DNA from: Sphaerochaeta sp. UBA6084
GTDB lineage: Bacteria > Spirochaetota > Spirochaetia > Sphaerochaetales > Sphaerochaetaceae
Length of the DNA stretch: 64,000 nucleotides
Direction of reading: 5' to 3'
Assembly (NCBI GenBank): GCA_002428625.1
Contig: DIXI01000011.1
Span: forward strand, 1-64,000
The notes below the pieces were generated by a model. It ran no database searches and was not told the origin of the DNA. It saw only the letters and a program-made list of their open reading frames with translations. The translations under genes and the position numbers were made by a program. Shown in pieces: positions 9,030 to 18,454 of the stretch (within the stretch, counting starts at the first letter, position 1; each line of letters opens with the position of its first letter).

Positions 9030-10934
9030 ATGTATCAGACAATACCCCAGCTGCTGCAGCATATCGTGATGGGCAACCAAAAAGTGGATGTCCAGCTATC
9101 GAAAGACGATGAAGGGAACTTCCACCCTACCACCTATGAACAATTGTACAAGCTCGTACTGGACCTCGCGGCCGGCCTCCATATGCTGGGAGTCGCCCGC
9201 GGCAGCCATGTAGGCTTGATCGCCGACAACCGCAAGGAATGGCTGAACGCCGACCTGGCCATCCTCTCATTGGGTGCAGCCGATGTCCCCCGCGGACGTG
9301 ACGCCATGCCGTACGAGCTGGCTTTCATCCTCGGTGTGACTGAGAGCAAAGTCACCTTCGCCGAGAACGCGGAGCAAGCGCGCAAAATCCTGGACCTCAA
9401 GGACAAGCTTCCCATGCTCTCCACCCTTATTCTGATGGATCCCCGGTACAAGGACGAACCCATCACCGAGGGGATCCCGGAAGGTGTGTCCCTGCTCACC
9501 TTCGAAGAAGTCCTCGCTTCCGGCGCAGCTTTCAATGCGAAGAAGAAATCTTTTGTGGAGAATGAGATCTCGCTTGGAAAATCCAATGACGTGGCGACCA
9601 TCATCTTCACCTCCGGCACCACCGGGGAACCCAAGGGAGTCATGCTCAGCCACCGCAACTTCCTCTTCCAACTGGAGCAGTTGCCAAAAGTCGTCGATTT
9701 CAAAACAGGCGAGCGCTGGCTCTCCGTGCTCCCAGTGTGGCACTCGTTCGAACGCATCCTCCAGTATGTCGTGGTTTCGCAAGCCTCCACCATCGCTTAC
9801 TCCAAACCAATCGGTAAGATCATGCTGGTGGACCTGCAGCGCCTGAATCCCTCCTGGATGGGTTCGGTACCCCGTATCTGGGAAGCTGTCAAGGCCGGTG
9901 TGTATCAGAATGTGAAGAGCAAGAGTCCTGTCGCCCGGGCCTTGTTCCATTTCTTCGTCTGGGTGGGCGCCACGCATGCGTCGGCAAAGAATCTGGTCAC
10001 CAACCGGGTGCCGCAGTTCTCCCGCCGCTTCTACCCGTTCGATTTCCTCTTAGGAATCGTACCCTACTTGTTGCTGTATCCATTCCTGCTGTTGGGCAAT
10101 GTGCTGGTTTTCAAGAACATCCGCAAGAAATTCGGGACCAATTTCAAAGCAGGTGTCTCGGGTGGCGGTTCGTTACCCTCCTCGGTGGACAAATTCTTCA
10201 AGGCTATCGGAATCACTTTGCTCGATGGATATGGACTGACCGAGACCGCACCGGTCATTGGGCTCAGGCCGATTAAGAACCAAGTCCCTGGGACAGTGGC
10301 TCCGCTGCCAGAGACCGAGATCAAGATCATCGACGAGAATGGCAAGAGCGTTCCTCCTGGAAAGAAGGGTGTAATTTATGCACGTGGCCAGCAGGTGATG
10401 CTGGGCTATTACAAGCGTCCGGATCTCACCGCGGCAATCCTGAGCAAGGATGGATGGCTGAACACTGGTGATATCGGTGTGTGGACACACCGAGGCGAAT
10501 ACGCCATCAAGGGCCGGGCGAAGGACACCATCGTGCTTTCAGGTGGAGAGAATATCGAGCCGCTGCCGATCGAAGCCCGCTTGCGCGAGTCCGAGTACAT
10601 CGAACAGGCTGTGGTCGTAGGTCAGGACAAGAAGTACCTCGGAGCGCTCATCGTGCCGGATACCAAGGCCCTGGAAGTGTATATCAAGGAGAACGCTGTT
10701 CCGTATATGGCTCGCTTCGATATCTGCGAGCTTCCAGAAGTAAATGAGCTCCTGAACTCCCAGATCAACGAGCTGATCAGCTCCAAGAACGGTTTCAAGA
10801 GTTTCGAGCATATCAACAAGTTCGCCATCCTCAAGACTTCGTTCAAGATAGGCCAGGAGTTGTCCGCAAAGCAAGAGGTGATGCGCCATAAGATTCAGCA
10901 ACTCTACAAGAAGGAAATAGATTCCTTGTTCTAG
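9030..10934 (+). CDS. long-chain-fatty-acid--CoA ligase (AMP-dependent synthetase/ligase, FadD-like)
   Basis: 634 aa. The AMP-binding signature 'TSGTTGEPKGVMLSHRNF' and the C-terminal 'GWLNTGDIG' motif are typical of long-chain acyl-CoA synthetases. Confidence 0.85.
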   Translation: MYQTIPQLLQHIVMGNQKVDVQLSKDDEGNFHPTTYEQLYKLVLDLAAGLHMLGVARGSHVGLIADNRKEWLNADLAILSLGAADVPRGRDAMPYELAFILGVTESKVTFAENAEQARKILDLKDKLPMLSTLILMDPRYKDEPITEGIPEGVSLLTFEEVLASGAAFNAKKKSFVENEISLGKSNDVATIIFTSGTTGEPKGVMLSHRNFLFQLEQLPKVVDFKTGERWLSVLPVWHSFERILQYVVVSQASTIAYSKPIGKIMLVDLQRLNPSWMGSVPRIWEAVKAGVYQNVKSKSPVARALFHFFVWVGATHASAKNLVTNRVPQFSRRFYPFDFLLGIVPYLLLYPFLLLGNVLVFKNIRKKFGTNFKAGVSGGGSLPSSVDKFFKAIGITLLDGYGLTETAPVIGLRPIKNQVPGTVAPLPETEIKIIDENGKSVPPGKKGVIYARGQQVMLGYYKRPDLTAAILSKDGWLNTGDIGVWTHRGEYAIKGRAKDTIVLSGGENIEPLPIEARLRESEYIEQAVVVGQDKKYLGALIVPDTKALEVYIKENAVPYMARFDICELPEVNELLNSQINELISSKNGFKSFEHINKFAILKTSFKIGQELSAKQEVMRHKIQQLYKKEIDSLF

Positions 10935-10974
10935 AAGACTGACGGTTACGCCGCCAATTTTCACTTCCATCGAA

Positions 10975-11002
10975 CCCCGCATCTTGCCGATGCGGGGTTT
11001 TT
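10975..11002 (+). terminator. rho-independent terminator after the acyl-CoA ligase gene
   Basis: Hairpin CCCCGCATC-ttgcc-GATGCGGGG followed by TTTTT. Confidence 0.6.
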
Positions 11003-11013
11003 ATGTTATTATT

Positions 11014-11027
11014 GTTGCAAATGCAAC
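11014..11027. promoter_or_regulatory. inverted repeat GTTGCA-aa-TGCAAC upstream of the DUF1858/DUF438 gene pair; candidate operator
   Basis: 6-bp arms with a 2-bp spacer, 55 nt upstream of the DUF1858 start. Confidence 0.25.
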
Positions 11028-11082
11028 GCTTGTGGTGGATAATCCATGCTACGGTGGAATCCAGAAGGAACATACCTAGACC

Positions 11083-11307
11083 ATGAAGACTATCGACCTA
11101 TCAAAGACTGTCAACGAGCTATGCACCCAGGATCCGGCTCTTATCCCTATCCTCGCGGGCATGGGCTTCACCGAGATTGTGAAACCCTTGATGTTGTCCA
11201 CAGTGGGCAAGATCATGACCATACCCAAAGGCGCAAGCATGCGTGGAATCGACTTGAAAGTCATCCGTGCCACCCTGATCGCCCAAGGTTACGAAATACA
11301 AGAATGA
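11083..11307 (+). CDS. DUF1858 domain protein
   Basis: 74 aa. 'IPILAGMGFTEI...LSTVGKIMTIPKGASMRGI' matches the DUF1858 fold. It lies immediately upstream of a DUF438 gene, a conserved pairing. Confidence 0.65.
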   Translation: MKTIDLSKTVNELCTQDPALIPILAGMGFTEIVKPLMLSTVGKIMTIPKGASMRGIDLKVIRATLIAQGYEIQE

Positions 11308-11316
11308 AAGAAGGAG

Positions 11317-12558
11317 ATGGATATGAATGCGGAAATCAACAATAGTGTGCATCGGCAGGAGGTGCTGCGTGAGCTTATCGCCCGACTCCACGCAGGAGAA
11401 TCGGTAGACGACGTCAAAGCTCAGTTCGCTGAGGAATTTGAAGGAGTCGGCGCGGATGAGATCGCGGCCGCTGAGAAAGCCCTGATGGAATCCGGTGTGA
11501 AGGTGGAGGAGATCCAGAGCCTTTGCGATGTGCACGCCTCGCTGTTCAAAGGTTCTATCGCGGAGATCCATGGCGAGAAAAACAAGACGAAGACCGAAGG
11601 CCATCCTTCGTGGTTGCTGAAGGAAGAGAACCGCGGGATAGAACGTTTGTTCAAGACCAGGCTGGATATCCATACCGAACAGCTTGCGCAAGGAGACCCT
11701 CGCGCGCTTCGTCTTATCCAAGAGGATTTGGAACTGCTTTGGCAGATCGACCGGCATTATGCGAAAAAAGAATACCTTTGGTTCCCCATTATGGAACGCT
11801 ACGGCATCACCGCCCCGCCTAAGGTGATGTGGGGAGTTGATGATGAGATCCGCGGCAAGGTGAAAGCCCTGCGTGCGAACGCAACGGAAATGGGAGCGGC
11901 ACGACCGGCGCCACAGGCGGTCAGGACGTTTCTCGATGAAATCGCCAAGGCCAGAGAGCAGATTCTGGAAATGATCTCCAAGGAGGAGAACATCCTCATT
12001 CCTATGGTGAGCGAGGTGTTCTTCAGCCCCGATTGGCGCCAGATTTCCGAGGGAACGGCAGAGCTAGGCTACTGCCTTCTTGATGAACACGCCACTTGGA
12101 AGCCCGAGGAGCAACCCCAGAAGGCCCCTATAGTCACATCCGCTCTATCGGGTGGGGTAGTCACCCTTCCCACGGGTTCATTCTCCCCTGAAATTCTCAC
12201 TGCCGTGCTCAACACGCTTCCTATCGATATCACCTTTGTGGACAAGAACGATGAAGTGCAGTATTTCTCGCAAAGCTCTGAACGGGTATTCGCACGCACC
12301 ACCGCAATCATCGGACGCAAAGTGATCAACTGCCACCCACCTGCCAGCATGCATGTGGTTGAGAAGATACTTGATGATTTCAAGTCGGGAAAAAAGAATA
12401 TGGAGGAGTTCTACATCCACATGAAGGACCTCTATATCCATATCCGCTATTATGCGGTGCGGGATGCCGCCGGAGCCTATCTCGGGACGCTCGAGGTGAC
12501 TCAGAACATCGCCCCAATTCAAAAGATCAGCGGGGACAAACGGCTTTTGTCGGACTGA
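11317..12558 (+). CDS. DUF438 domain protein with hemerythrin-like and PAS-like regions
   Basis: 413 aa, 9 nt downstream of the DUF1858 gene. The architecture matches DUF438/hemerythrin HHE-like proteins commonly paired with DUF1858. Confidence 0.65.
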   Translation: MDMNAEINNSVHRQEVLRELIARLHAGESVDDVKAQFAEEFEGVGADEIAAAEKALMESGVKVEEIQSLCDVHASLFKGSIAEIHGEKNKTKTEGHPSWLLKEENRGIERLFKTRLDIHTEQLAQGDPRALRLIQEDLELLWQIDRHYAKKEYLWFPIMERYGITAPPKVMWGVDDEIRGKVKALRANATEMGAARPAPQAVRTFLDEIAKAREQILEMISKEENILIPMVSEVFFSPDWRQISEGTAELGYCLLDEHATWKPEEQPQKAPIVTSALSGGVVTLPTGSFSPEILTAVLNTLPIDITFVDKNDEVQYFSQSSERVFARTTAIIGRKVINCHPPASMHVVEKILDDFKSGKKNMEEFYIHMKDLYIHIRYYAVRDAAGAYLGTLEVTQNIAPIQKISGDKRLLSD

Positions 12559-12564
12559 CAGTCC

Positions 12565-12593
12565 AGCCTCTCCTTCGGGAGGGGCTTTTTTTC
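12565..12593 (+). terminator. rho-independent terminator after the DUF438 gene
   Basis: A 9-bp stem (AGCCTCTCC / GGAGGGGCT, one G-U pair), a TTCG loop and a 7-T run. Confidence 0.6.
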
Positions 12594-12761
12594 GCTCTGC
12601 TGTGGATATGGCTTCCCAGGAACTGAAAACCCAAAATACACAGAAATACTTGAAATACTGCATCCTTGATGCCTAGGATGCGGTTTTTAGTTTAAGATGA
12701 GGATTTGGTTCCTGAAACCAAATCCTCGCTCAGCCTCGAAATCCACCGAGGGCTTATCCAT

Positions 12762-14114
12762 CTACGAGAACCACTTGAATCCGTTGCTCTTGGCCAAATC
12801 GGCGGCGAAGCGTGGCAGAGTGCGGACCGGGTAGACTTCCATGGGCAGGTCGTCCGCCAGCATTGGAGCTACTATCCGCCAGGATTCGTTGATCTCCCGC
12901 ATGCTTGGGAACAGGCTTTTGTCGCCTTGGAGGATCTTGCGCACAATCTGCTCGTACGCTTCGGGGGTGTTCGCTCCAAAGGTCTCTGCCTGGTTGAACC
13001 GGAAGCGGACAGGCTTGGATTTCCAAGAGGTGTTGGGTTCTTTGAGGTTCATGCTGATATCGATGGTGAGCTCCGGATGGATGGTGATGATCACCCCGTT
13101 CTCTGCGATCGTGCTATCATGCATCACCATGCCGGTGGTGTTGCGGAACTTCACATAGATGAGGGATTTGGCCTCTTTCTGCATCTTACCGGTGCGGATA
13201 TAGATGGGAATACCCGCGAAATAATAGGTATTCACTGATAGTTTGAGCGCGGCATAGGTGGGCGTGTTCACCACATGCCCGCTGTTTGCTCCGAGGGATT
13301 CATAACGGCCGGTATGGAAATCGGTCACAGGCGCGATGGACCGCAAAACCTTCACCTTCTCGATGGCGATGTCTTCTGGAGAGAGGGTGGCGGGCTCGTT
13401 CATCGTGAGGTAGGTGATGATCTGCATGATGTGGTTCTGGATCGTATCCCTCACCACCCCGATCTGCTCATAAAAGCCCAACCGTTGGTCCACACCATGG
13501 GTTTCGTCAAAAATAATCTGGATGCTCTCGATGGAGCGGTTGTCCCAAATACTGCGGATGATGTCGTTATGGAACCGAAGGATGAGGAGATTCTGCATGA
13601 ATTCCTTGCCAAGATAATGGTCTACCCGATAGATTTCCTTATCTGAGAAAGCTTTCAATAAGATGCTGTTGTACCGTTCGGCACTTTGCAGATCGAAGCC
13701 GAAGGGTTTTTCCACCACTATCTTCTTCGAAAGCGTGCACGAGCAGGACATCTGAGAATCCACAACCTGGATCTGGCGGATGGCATCTTCGTACAAGGAG
13801 GGTTGCAATGCCATGTAGTAGATCAGCTCCACTTCCTTGGCATTGGCGATAATCTCAAGCATGCGGTCCCGGAGCGCTTCGGTCGCTTTCGGATCGGCCA
13901 TATCATAATACAGATAATCCATCCGGCTGAGGAATTCCTGCGAGGCTTCTTTTCTCACCATGGTGGCGAGAAAATCCTCTTTGTTGGTGAACCTGCGTCC
14001 TAAAGCCAGCACGGTGAAGTCGAACCCCTTGGCAAGGAGGTCTTCATAAGCCGGATACAGTTTCTTAAGCGCTAGGTCGCCTGTTCCGCCGAACTGGATG
14101 ATGATGGTCTTCAT
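12762..14114 (-). CDS. zwf: glucose-6-phosphate 1-dehydrogenase
   Basis: 450 aa. The N-terminal NADP-binding site 'IQFGGTGDLALKKLYPA' and the active-site motif 'RVDHYLGKE' are diagnostic of G6PD. Confidence 0.9.
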   Translation of the reverse strand: MKTIIIQFGGTGDLALKKLYPAYEDLLAKGFDFTVLALGRRFTNKEDFLATMVRKEASQEFLSRMDYLYYDMADPKATEALRDRMLEIIANAKEVELIYYMALQPSLYEDAIRQIQVVDSQMSCSCTLSKKIVVEKPFGFDLQSAERYNSILLKAFSDKEIYRVDHYLGKEFMQNLLILRFHNDIIRSIWDNRSIESIQIIFDETHGVDQRLGFYEQIGVVRDTIQNHIMQIITYLTMNEPATLSPEDIAIEKVKVLRSIAPVTDFHTGRYESLGANSGHVVNTPTYAALKLSVNTYYFAGIPIYIRTGKMQKEAKSLIYVKFRNTTGMVMHDSTIAENGVIITIHPELTIDISMNLKEPNTSWKSKPVRFRFNQAETFGANTPEAYEQIVRKILQGDKSLFPSMREINESWRIVAPMLADDLPMEVYPVRTLPRFAADLAKSNGFKWFS

Positions 14115-14800
14115 GTGCGGGTCTCCTGTAGATCGGTGATGATGTCAACTGTGAACCATTCGTGGGGAAGGAACATGCACGGCAGAGACGATGGGTTCTC
14201 CTTACCAGCGAGCAGCCTGTCCAACGCATTGCGCTTGCCTTCGCCGAAAAACAGCAGGTAGGTGTGGGCCCGTTTCGCCACTGTTCTAAAACCGCGATAG
14301 CTGAGTGTGACTCGTTCCAAGGGAGGTTTGGGACTATCGGTGACCAAAACCGTCTGTGGTGTGGTCTTGGAATCGAGGTCGGGATACGACCCGGGAAAGA
14401 GTGAGCCGATGTGTCCGTCCTCACCTACTCCGAGATAGAGCAGGTCCAGCTGCTCACCCTCGGGTAGCAATGGTTTGTCCAATTGGGGAACAATCAGCTG
14501 GCTGCCGGTCATGCGGCCCTCGGCGATGGCTTTTGCAAGGCCCACGGCCATCAAGGTATCTGCATTGCGATCCCCTGACACACGCTCGTCCACCAGATAC
14601 AGGCGCACACGGGCTAGAAGTTGGTCTTGGGCGGATAGCAACCCCTGGATAAGGGGTGCCGCGCTACGCCCGCCGGGAACCCCGATCCGGATATAACCCT
14701 CGTGCTGCGAAGCCACTTGGTCAAGCTGCGCCAGCACTAGGTTGGAGAGGGCCGCCAGCCCTTCGATATAAATCTTCTTCATGGAGGAAATATACACCAA
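14111..14800 (-). CDS. pgl: 6-phosphogluconolactonase
   Basis: 229 aa of the glucosamine/galactosamine-6-P isomerase-like fold ('RIGVPGGRSAAPL'). ATGA overlap with zwf. An alternative start 'MKKIYIEG' lies at 14782. Confidence 0.8.
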   Translation of the reverse strand: MVYISSMKKIYIEGLAALSNLVLAQLDQVASQHEGYIRIGVPGGRSAAPLIQGLLSAQDQLLARVRLYLVDERVSGDRNADTLMAVGLAKAIAEGRMTGSQLIVPQLDKPLLPEGEQLDLLYLGVGEDGHIGSLFPGSYPDLDSKTTPQTVLVTDSPKPPLERVTLSYRGFRTVAKRAHTYLLFFGEGKRNALDRLLAGKENPSSLPCMFLPHEWFTVDIITDLQETRT

Positions 14801-14829
14801 TACCCTCCAATCGGACAGGCATGGCCTGC

Positions 14830-16089
14830 CTATTTGATGATGTCCAGCTTCCGCGCTTCTTCGCCGATGACTTCCATGGCCATGTCGAGCTCGGCTTCGG
14901 TATGGATAGCCATGCAGGAGGTGCGGAGCAACGCGCGCTGGGGAGGTACAGCGGGACTGATGACTGGGTTCACGTAGATGCCGCGTTCAAACAGCGCTCT
15001 CCAGAGCATGAAGGTCTTCTCGTTGTCGCCGATGACCAGCGGGACGATCGGTGTTTCCGTGGGCCCGATGTTGAAGCCGAGTTCGGAAAAACCCTTGATG
15101 ATCTTTCGGGCATTATGCTGCAGACGATGGATGCGTTCCGGTTCGGATTTCATGATCTCCAAGGCCTTCATGGCGGCCGCGATATTCGCAGGCGGCATGG
15201 AGGCGCTGAAAATGAGCGGACGGGCGAAATGCTTGATATAGTCGATCACCTGGGCATCGCCAGCCACGAAGCCGCCGATTGAGCCAAACGATTTTGAGAA
15301 GGTGCACATCAGCAGGTCGGTAAGCTCGGGCCGGTTGCCATAGTACTCGCAGGTTCCGCGGCCGTTTTCGCCGATTACACCAAGCGCGTGCGCTTCATCC
15401 AGATACAGACCTGCCTTGTAGGTGTCGGCCAGTTCCCTCAGCTTCGGCAGCGGAGCGATGTCGCCTTCCATTGAGAACACGCCATCCACCACGATGAGCT
15501 TGGCATCGTTGAGAGGAATCTTCTCGAGGATTTTCTCAAGCTCCTTCAGGTTGTTGTGGTTGTAGCGATGCAGGTTGATCTGTTTCTTGGACCCTTCGGC
15601 GAGGAATATCCCGTCCATGATGGAGGCGTGGTCATACTTGTCCACAATCACATGGTCGCCCCTGTTGAGCATCGCGGAGAGTGCCCCAAGGTTGGTCTGG
15701 TAGCCGGTGGTGAAGCAGAGCGCGGCTTCCATCCCTACGAAATCTGCCAGCTTGAACTCCAGTTCCTCGTGCAAATCCAGTGTACCGTTCATGAAACGGG
15801 AGCCGGAGCAGCTGGTGCCGTAGCGGGCCAAGGTCTGTTCCGCAGCTTCTTTGAGTCGGGGGTCGGTAGCCAGTCCGAGATAGTTGTTGGACCCCATCAT
15901 CAGCATCTCGCGGCCGTTGATATAGACTTTTGAACCTTCACTCCGTTCTATGGGTTTGAAAAAAGGATAAAAACCGGTGGCGCGGACTTGCGCGGCTTCG
16001 GTGAAATTATAGCATTTATCAAAGATCGAGGCATGTGGCTTGGTATCCATGGCGATTGAACCTCCAGTGGTCGATGTATCCATTATCAC
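14830..16089 (-). CDS. PLP-dependent alpha-oxoamine synthase, serine palmitoyltransferase-like (BioF/Kbl/SPT family)
   Basis: 419 aa. 'GSNNYLGL' and the PLP-lysine region 'TFSKSFGSIGGFVAG' (a TFSKS motif, closer to SPT than to Kbl 'TLGKALGG' or BioF 'TFGKGFG'). Confidence 0.75.
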   Translation of the reverse strand: MIMDTSTTGGSIAMDTKPHASIFDKCYNFTEAAQVRATGFYPFFKPIERSEGSKVYINGREMLMMGSNNYLGLATDPRLKEAAEQTLARYGTSCSGSRFMNGTLDLHEELEFKLADFVGMEAALCFTTGYQTNLGALSAMLNRGDHVIVDKYDHASIMDGIFLAEGSKKQINLHRYNHNNLKELEKILEKIPLNDAKLIVVDGVFSMEGDIAPLPKLRELADTYKAGLYLDEAHALGVIGENGRGTCEYYGNRPELTDLLMCTFSKSFGSIGGFVAGDAQVIDYIKHFARPLIFSASMPPANIAAAMKALEIMKSEPERIHRLQHNARKIIKGFSELGFNIGPTETPIVPLVIGDNEKTFMLWRALFERGIYVNPVISPAVPPQRALLRTSCMAIHTEAELDMAMEVIGEEARKLDIIK

Positions 16090-16251
16090 TACTTTAGTCT
16101 ATTCAGGGCACTGACACAATATCTTAAAATGTCATGATTAGACTTTTAACACTTTTTTTATCGAAATACAATCTGTTATCCGGCAACTCTAAAGGTAATG
16201 CCTTTAGTGGATAAAAACACCTTGGCTCTACCTCCAAATATCGCTAATTGC

Positions 16252-16752
16252 TTAACCCACTATTAGTTCCAAGGCCTTGCTCCATGCGGCTTTCTTTTGA
16301 GCGAAGTCAAGCGTGAAAGCGGGGCTGGTTGATGGAAGCCCGATGCAGCGGGGTTGCTTCGGTACAATCGGGAAGTCAGGAATCCCAACCAAACGTAAAA
16401 ACAAGCGCAAGGCGGTCTGCCCATTGCAGCAAATGAGTTCCAGCTGCTGATGCTCGCGCCAGAAACGGCTGAAATCATTCGGCACCGCATTCTTGATCTC
16501 AGAATCGGCAGACCCGTCCCGCTCGCATGCAGCCAGCACGTCCCATAAGGCTATCTTGTGCGATTCGAGCAAGTTCTTTTTTTCCTGATAATTACTAAAC
16601 TCTGTGTGAAAGATCGATGCGATAAGTGGCCAGAACGCATTGCGGGAATGTCCATAATACTCCCCCAACTCCAGCGAACGCACGCTCGGCATGGTGCCTA
16701 GAATTACTAGACGGGCATCGGGTTTCCCAATCGGCTCGAAGGCATGCAGCAT
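16252..16752 (-). CDS. DNA-deoxyinosine glycosylase (UDG superfamily family 6-like)
   Basis: 'LVILGTMPSVRSLELGEYYGHSRNAFWPLI' matches the family-6 HDG motif. The C-terminal 'LPSTSPA' is UDG-superfamily-like. The start was chosen at 'MLHAFEPIG'. Confidence 0.55.
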   Translation of the reverse strand: MLHAFEPIGKPDARLVILGTMPSVRSLELGEYYGHSRNAFWPLIASIFHTEFSNYQEKKNLLESHKIALWDVLAACERDGSADSEIKNAVPNDFSRFWREHQQLELICCNGQTALRLFLRLVGIPDFPIVPKQPRCIGLPSTSPAFTLDFAQKKAAWSKALELIVG

Positions 16753-16844
16753 CGCGTCCCCACGTGTCATCATGTTGAATATTCTGCTTCATAATTGGTG
16801 TATATGCAACATGAATATGCTTTCTTGACCTTTCCTGACATTTC

Positions 16845-16873
16845 TTGACATTGCCTGCGCCGTAGCCTACTAT
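16845..16873 (+). promoter_or_regulatory. candidate sigma70-type promoter for the uxaA-uxaC-iclR operon (-35 TTGACA, 17-nt spacer, -10 TACTAT)
   Basis: TTGACA at 16845-16850, TACTAT at 16868-16873. Direct repeats 'tttcttgac' lie upstream. Confidence 0.4.
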
Positions 16874-16885
16874 AGGGACTGATAC

Positions 16886-16908
16886 TGGAATATTGGAATA
16901 TTATTCCA
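16886..16908. promoter_or_regulatory. candidate KdgR/IclR operator: TGGAATATTGGAATATTATTCCA (palindromic core TGGAATATTATTCCA)
   Basis: It lies 12 nt downstream of the -10 element. A near-identical 15-mer, TGGAATGTTGTTCCA (13/15), occurs in the kdgK/eda divergent region at 21905-21919. Confidence 0.35.
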
Positions 16909-16951
16909 AATTAAAGCATGTCTGAGAGGAGAACTCTAAAAGGAGCGGCTC

Positions 16952-18454
16952 ATGAAGGGGAAAGTCTTGCGGATCCATCCACAGGACTCGGTGGCGGTCG
17001 CACTCATAAAACTAGAAGCAGGGCAGACAATCACGTTTGATGAACTTACAGTCACGTTATCGCAGACCATCCCGCAAGGCCATAAATTCGCCCTTCAGGA
17101 TATCCCCGCGCACACAGCGGTGATCAAATATGGTTTCCCTATCGGTAATGCCCGCACCGCTATTTCAAAAGGTGCCCATGTGCATACCCATAATCTCATC
17201 ACCCGCTTGCATGGAGAATTGGACTACACTTACCGCCCAGCTATTATCATACCGCCCTCGGAACCCTGTGATACCCCTTCAATCCAAGCCTTCGAACGGG
17301 CCGATGGGTCGATTGGCATCCGCAACGAGCTGTGGATCATCCCAACAGTCGGGTGTGTGAACAAAGTGGCGGCAGCACTTGCGAACTGGGGAAACCAACA
17401 GATCGCAGCCGGTGCTTTCCAAGGAGTTGGCGGAGTCTATGCGTGGGAACACCCATATGGGTGCTCCCAACTGGGGGACGACCATGCCCGCACGCGTACA
17501 ATTCTGGCAGACTTGGTCAGGCATCCAAACGCCGGAGGGGTTCTGGTAATCGGCTTGGGTTGTGAGAACAACACTATCGAATCCTTCAAGCAGGAACTTG
17601 GCGGATTCGATCCTCACCATGTGTGCTTTCTGGCCACCCAGCAGGTATCAGACGAGATAGCAGAAGGGAGAGCTTCACTTGTCCTGCTTGCCAATCATGC
17701 AGGAAAGGCGACAAGAAGAGCGGTTAGCGCCTCCCGTCTGGTGGTGGGCCTCAAGTGCGGCGGCTCGGACGGCCTTTCCGGAATCACCGCGAATCCACTG
17801 GTGGGCCGTATCTGCGACCGGCTTGTCGGTATAGGAGGAAGTGCGATCCTCACCGAGATTCCCGAGATGTTCGGCGCCGAGGACCTGCTGCTCAACCGGT
17901 GTGTCTCCAAGGAAGTCCATCATCAGCTTGCGGATGTGGTCAATGGCTTTAAGCAGTATTATCTCGACCATAACCAAGTGGTGTACGAAAACCCTTCACC
18001 GGGAAACAAAGAGGGCGGAATCTCCACCTTGGAGGATAAATCGCTCGGTTGCGTGCAAAAGGGTGGGACTTCACCGGTGCAAGCGGTGCTTGCCTATGGT
18101 GAGCGGGTCCGGTCCCCTGGCTTGAACATCCTGTCTGGGCCAGGCAACGACCTCGTATCCACCACTGCCCTTGCCGCGGCAGGCGCGCATCTGGTACTTT
18201 TCACTACAGGAAGGGGCACCCCGCTGGGATGTCCGGTTCCTACTCTTAAAATCGCTTCGAATTCCACCCTTGCGCATGAAAAGAGTGGATGGATTGATAT
18301 GGATGCTGGTAGACTGCTGGAAGAAGAGCCTTCAGTTGTGGAAAAGGACCTGTTTAGCCTGGTCCTCGACATCGCCTCTGGTAAAGCGGCGACGAAAAAC
18401 GAGACAAATGGATACCGCGAGATTGCGATATTCAAAGATGGAGTGACATTATGA
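16952..18454 (+). CDS. uxaA: altronate dehydratase
   Basis: 500 aa with an N-terminal SAF domain and a C-terminal D-galactarate/altronate dehydratase domain. The N-terminus 'MKGKVLRIHPQDSVAVALIKLEAGQ' is typical of UxaA. Confidence 0.9.
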   Translation: MKGKVLRIHPQDSVAVALIKLEAGQTITFDELTVTLSQTIPQGHKFALQDIPAHTAVIKYGFPIGNARTAISKGAHVHTHNLITRLHGELDYTYRPAIIIPPSEPCDTPSIQAFERADGSIGIRNELWIIPTVGCVNKVAAALANWGNQQIAAGAFQGVGGVYAWEHPYGCSQLGDDHARTRTILADLVRHPNAGGVLVIGLGCENNTIESFKQELGGFDPHHVCFLATQQVSDEIAEGRASLVLLANHAGKATRRAVSASRLVVGLKCGGSDGLSGITANPLVGRICDRLVGIGGSAILTEIPEMFGAEDLLLNRCVSKEVHHQLADVVNGFKQYYLDHNQVVYENPSPGNKEGGISTLEDKSLGCVQKGGTSPVQAVLAYGERVRSPGLNILSGPGNDLVSTTALAAAGAHLVLFTTGRGTPLGCPVPTLKIASNSTLAHEKSGWIDMDAGRLLEEEPSVVEKDLFSLVLDIASGKAATKNETNGYREIAIFKDGVTL

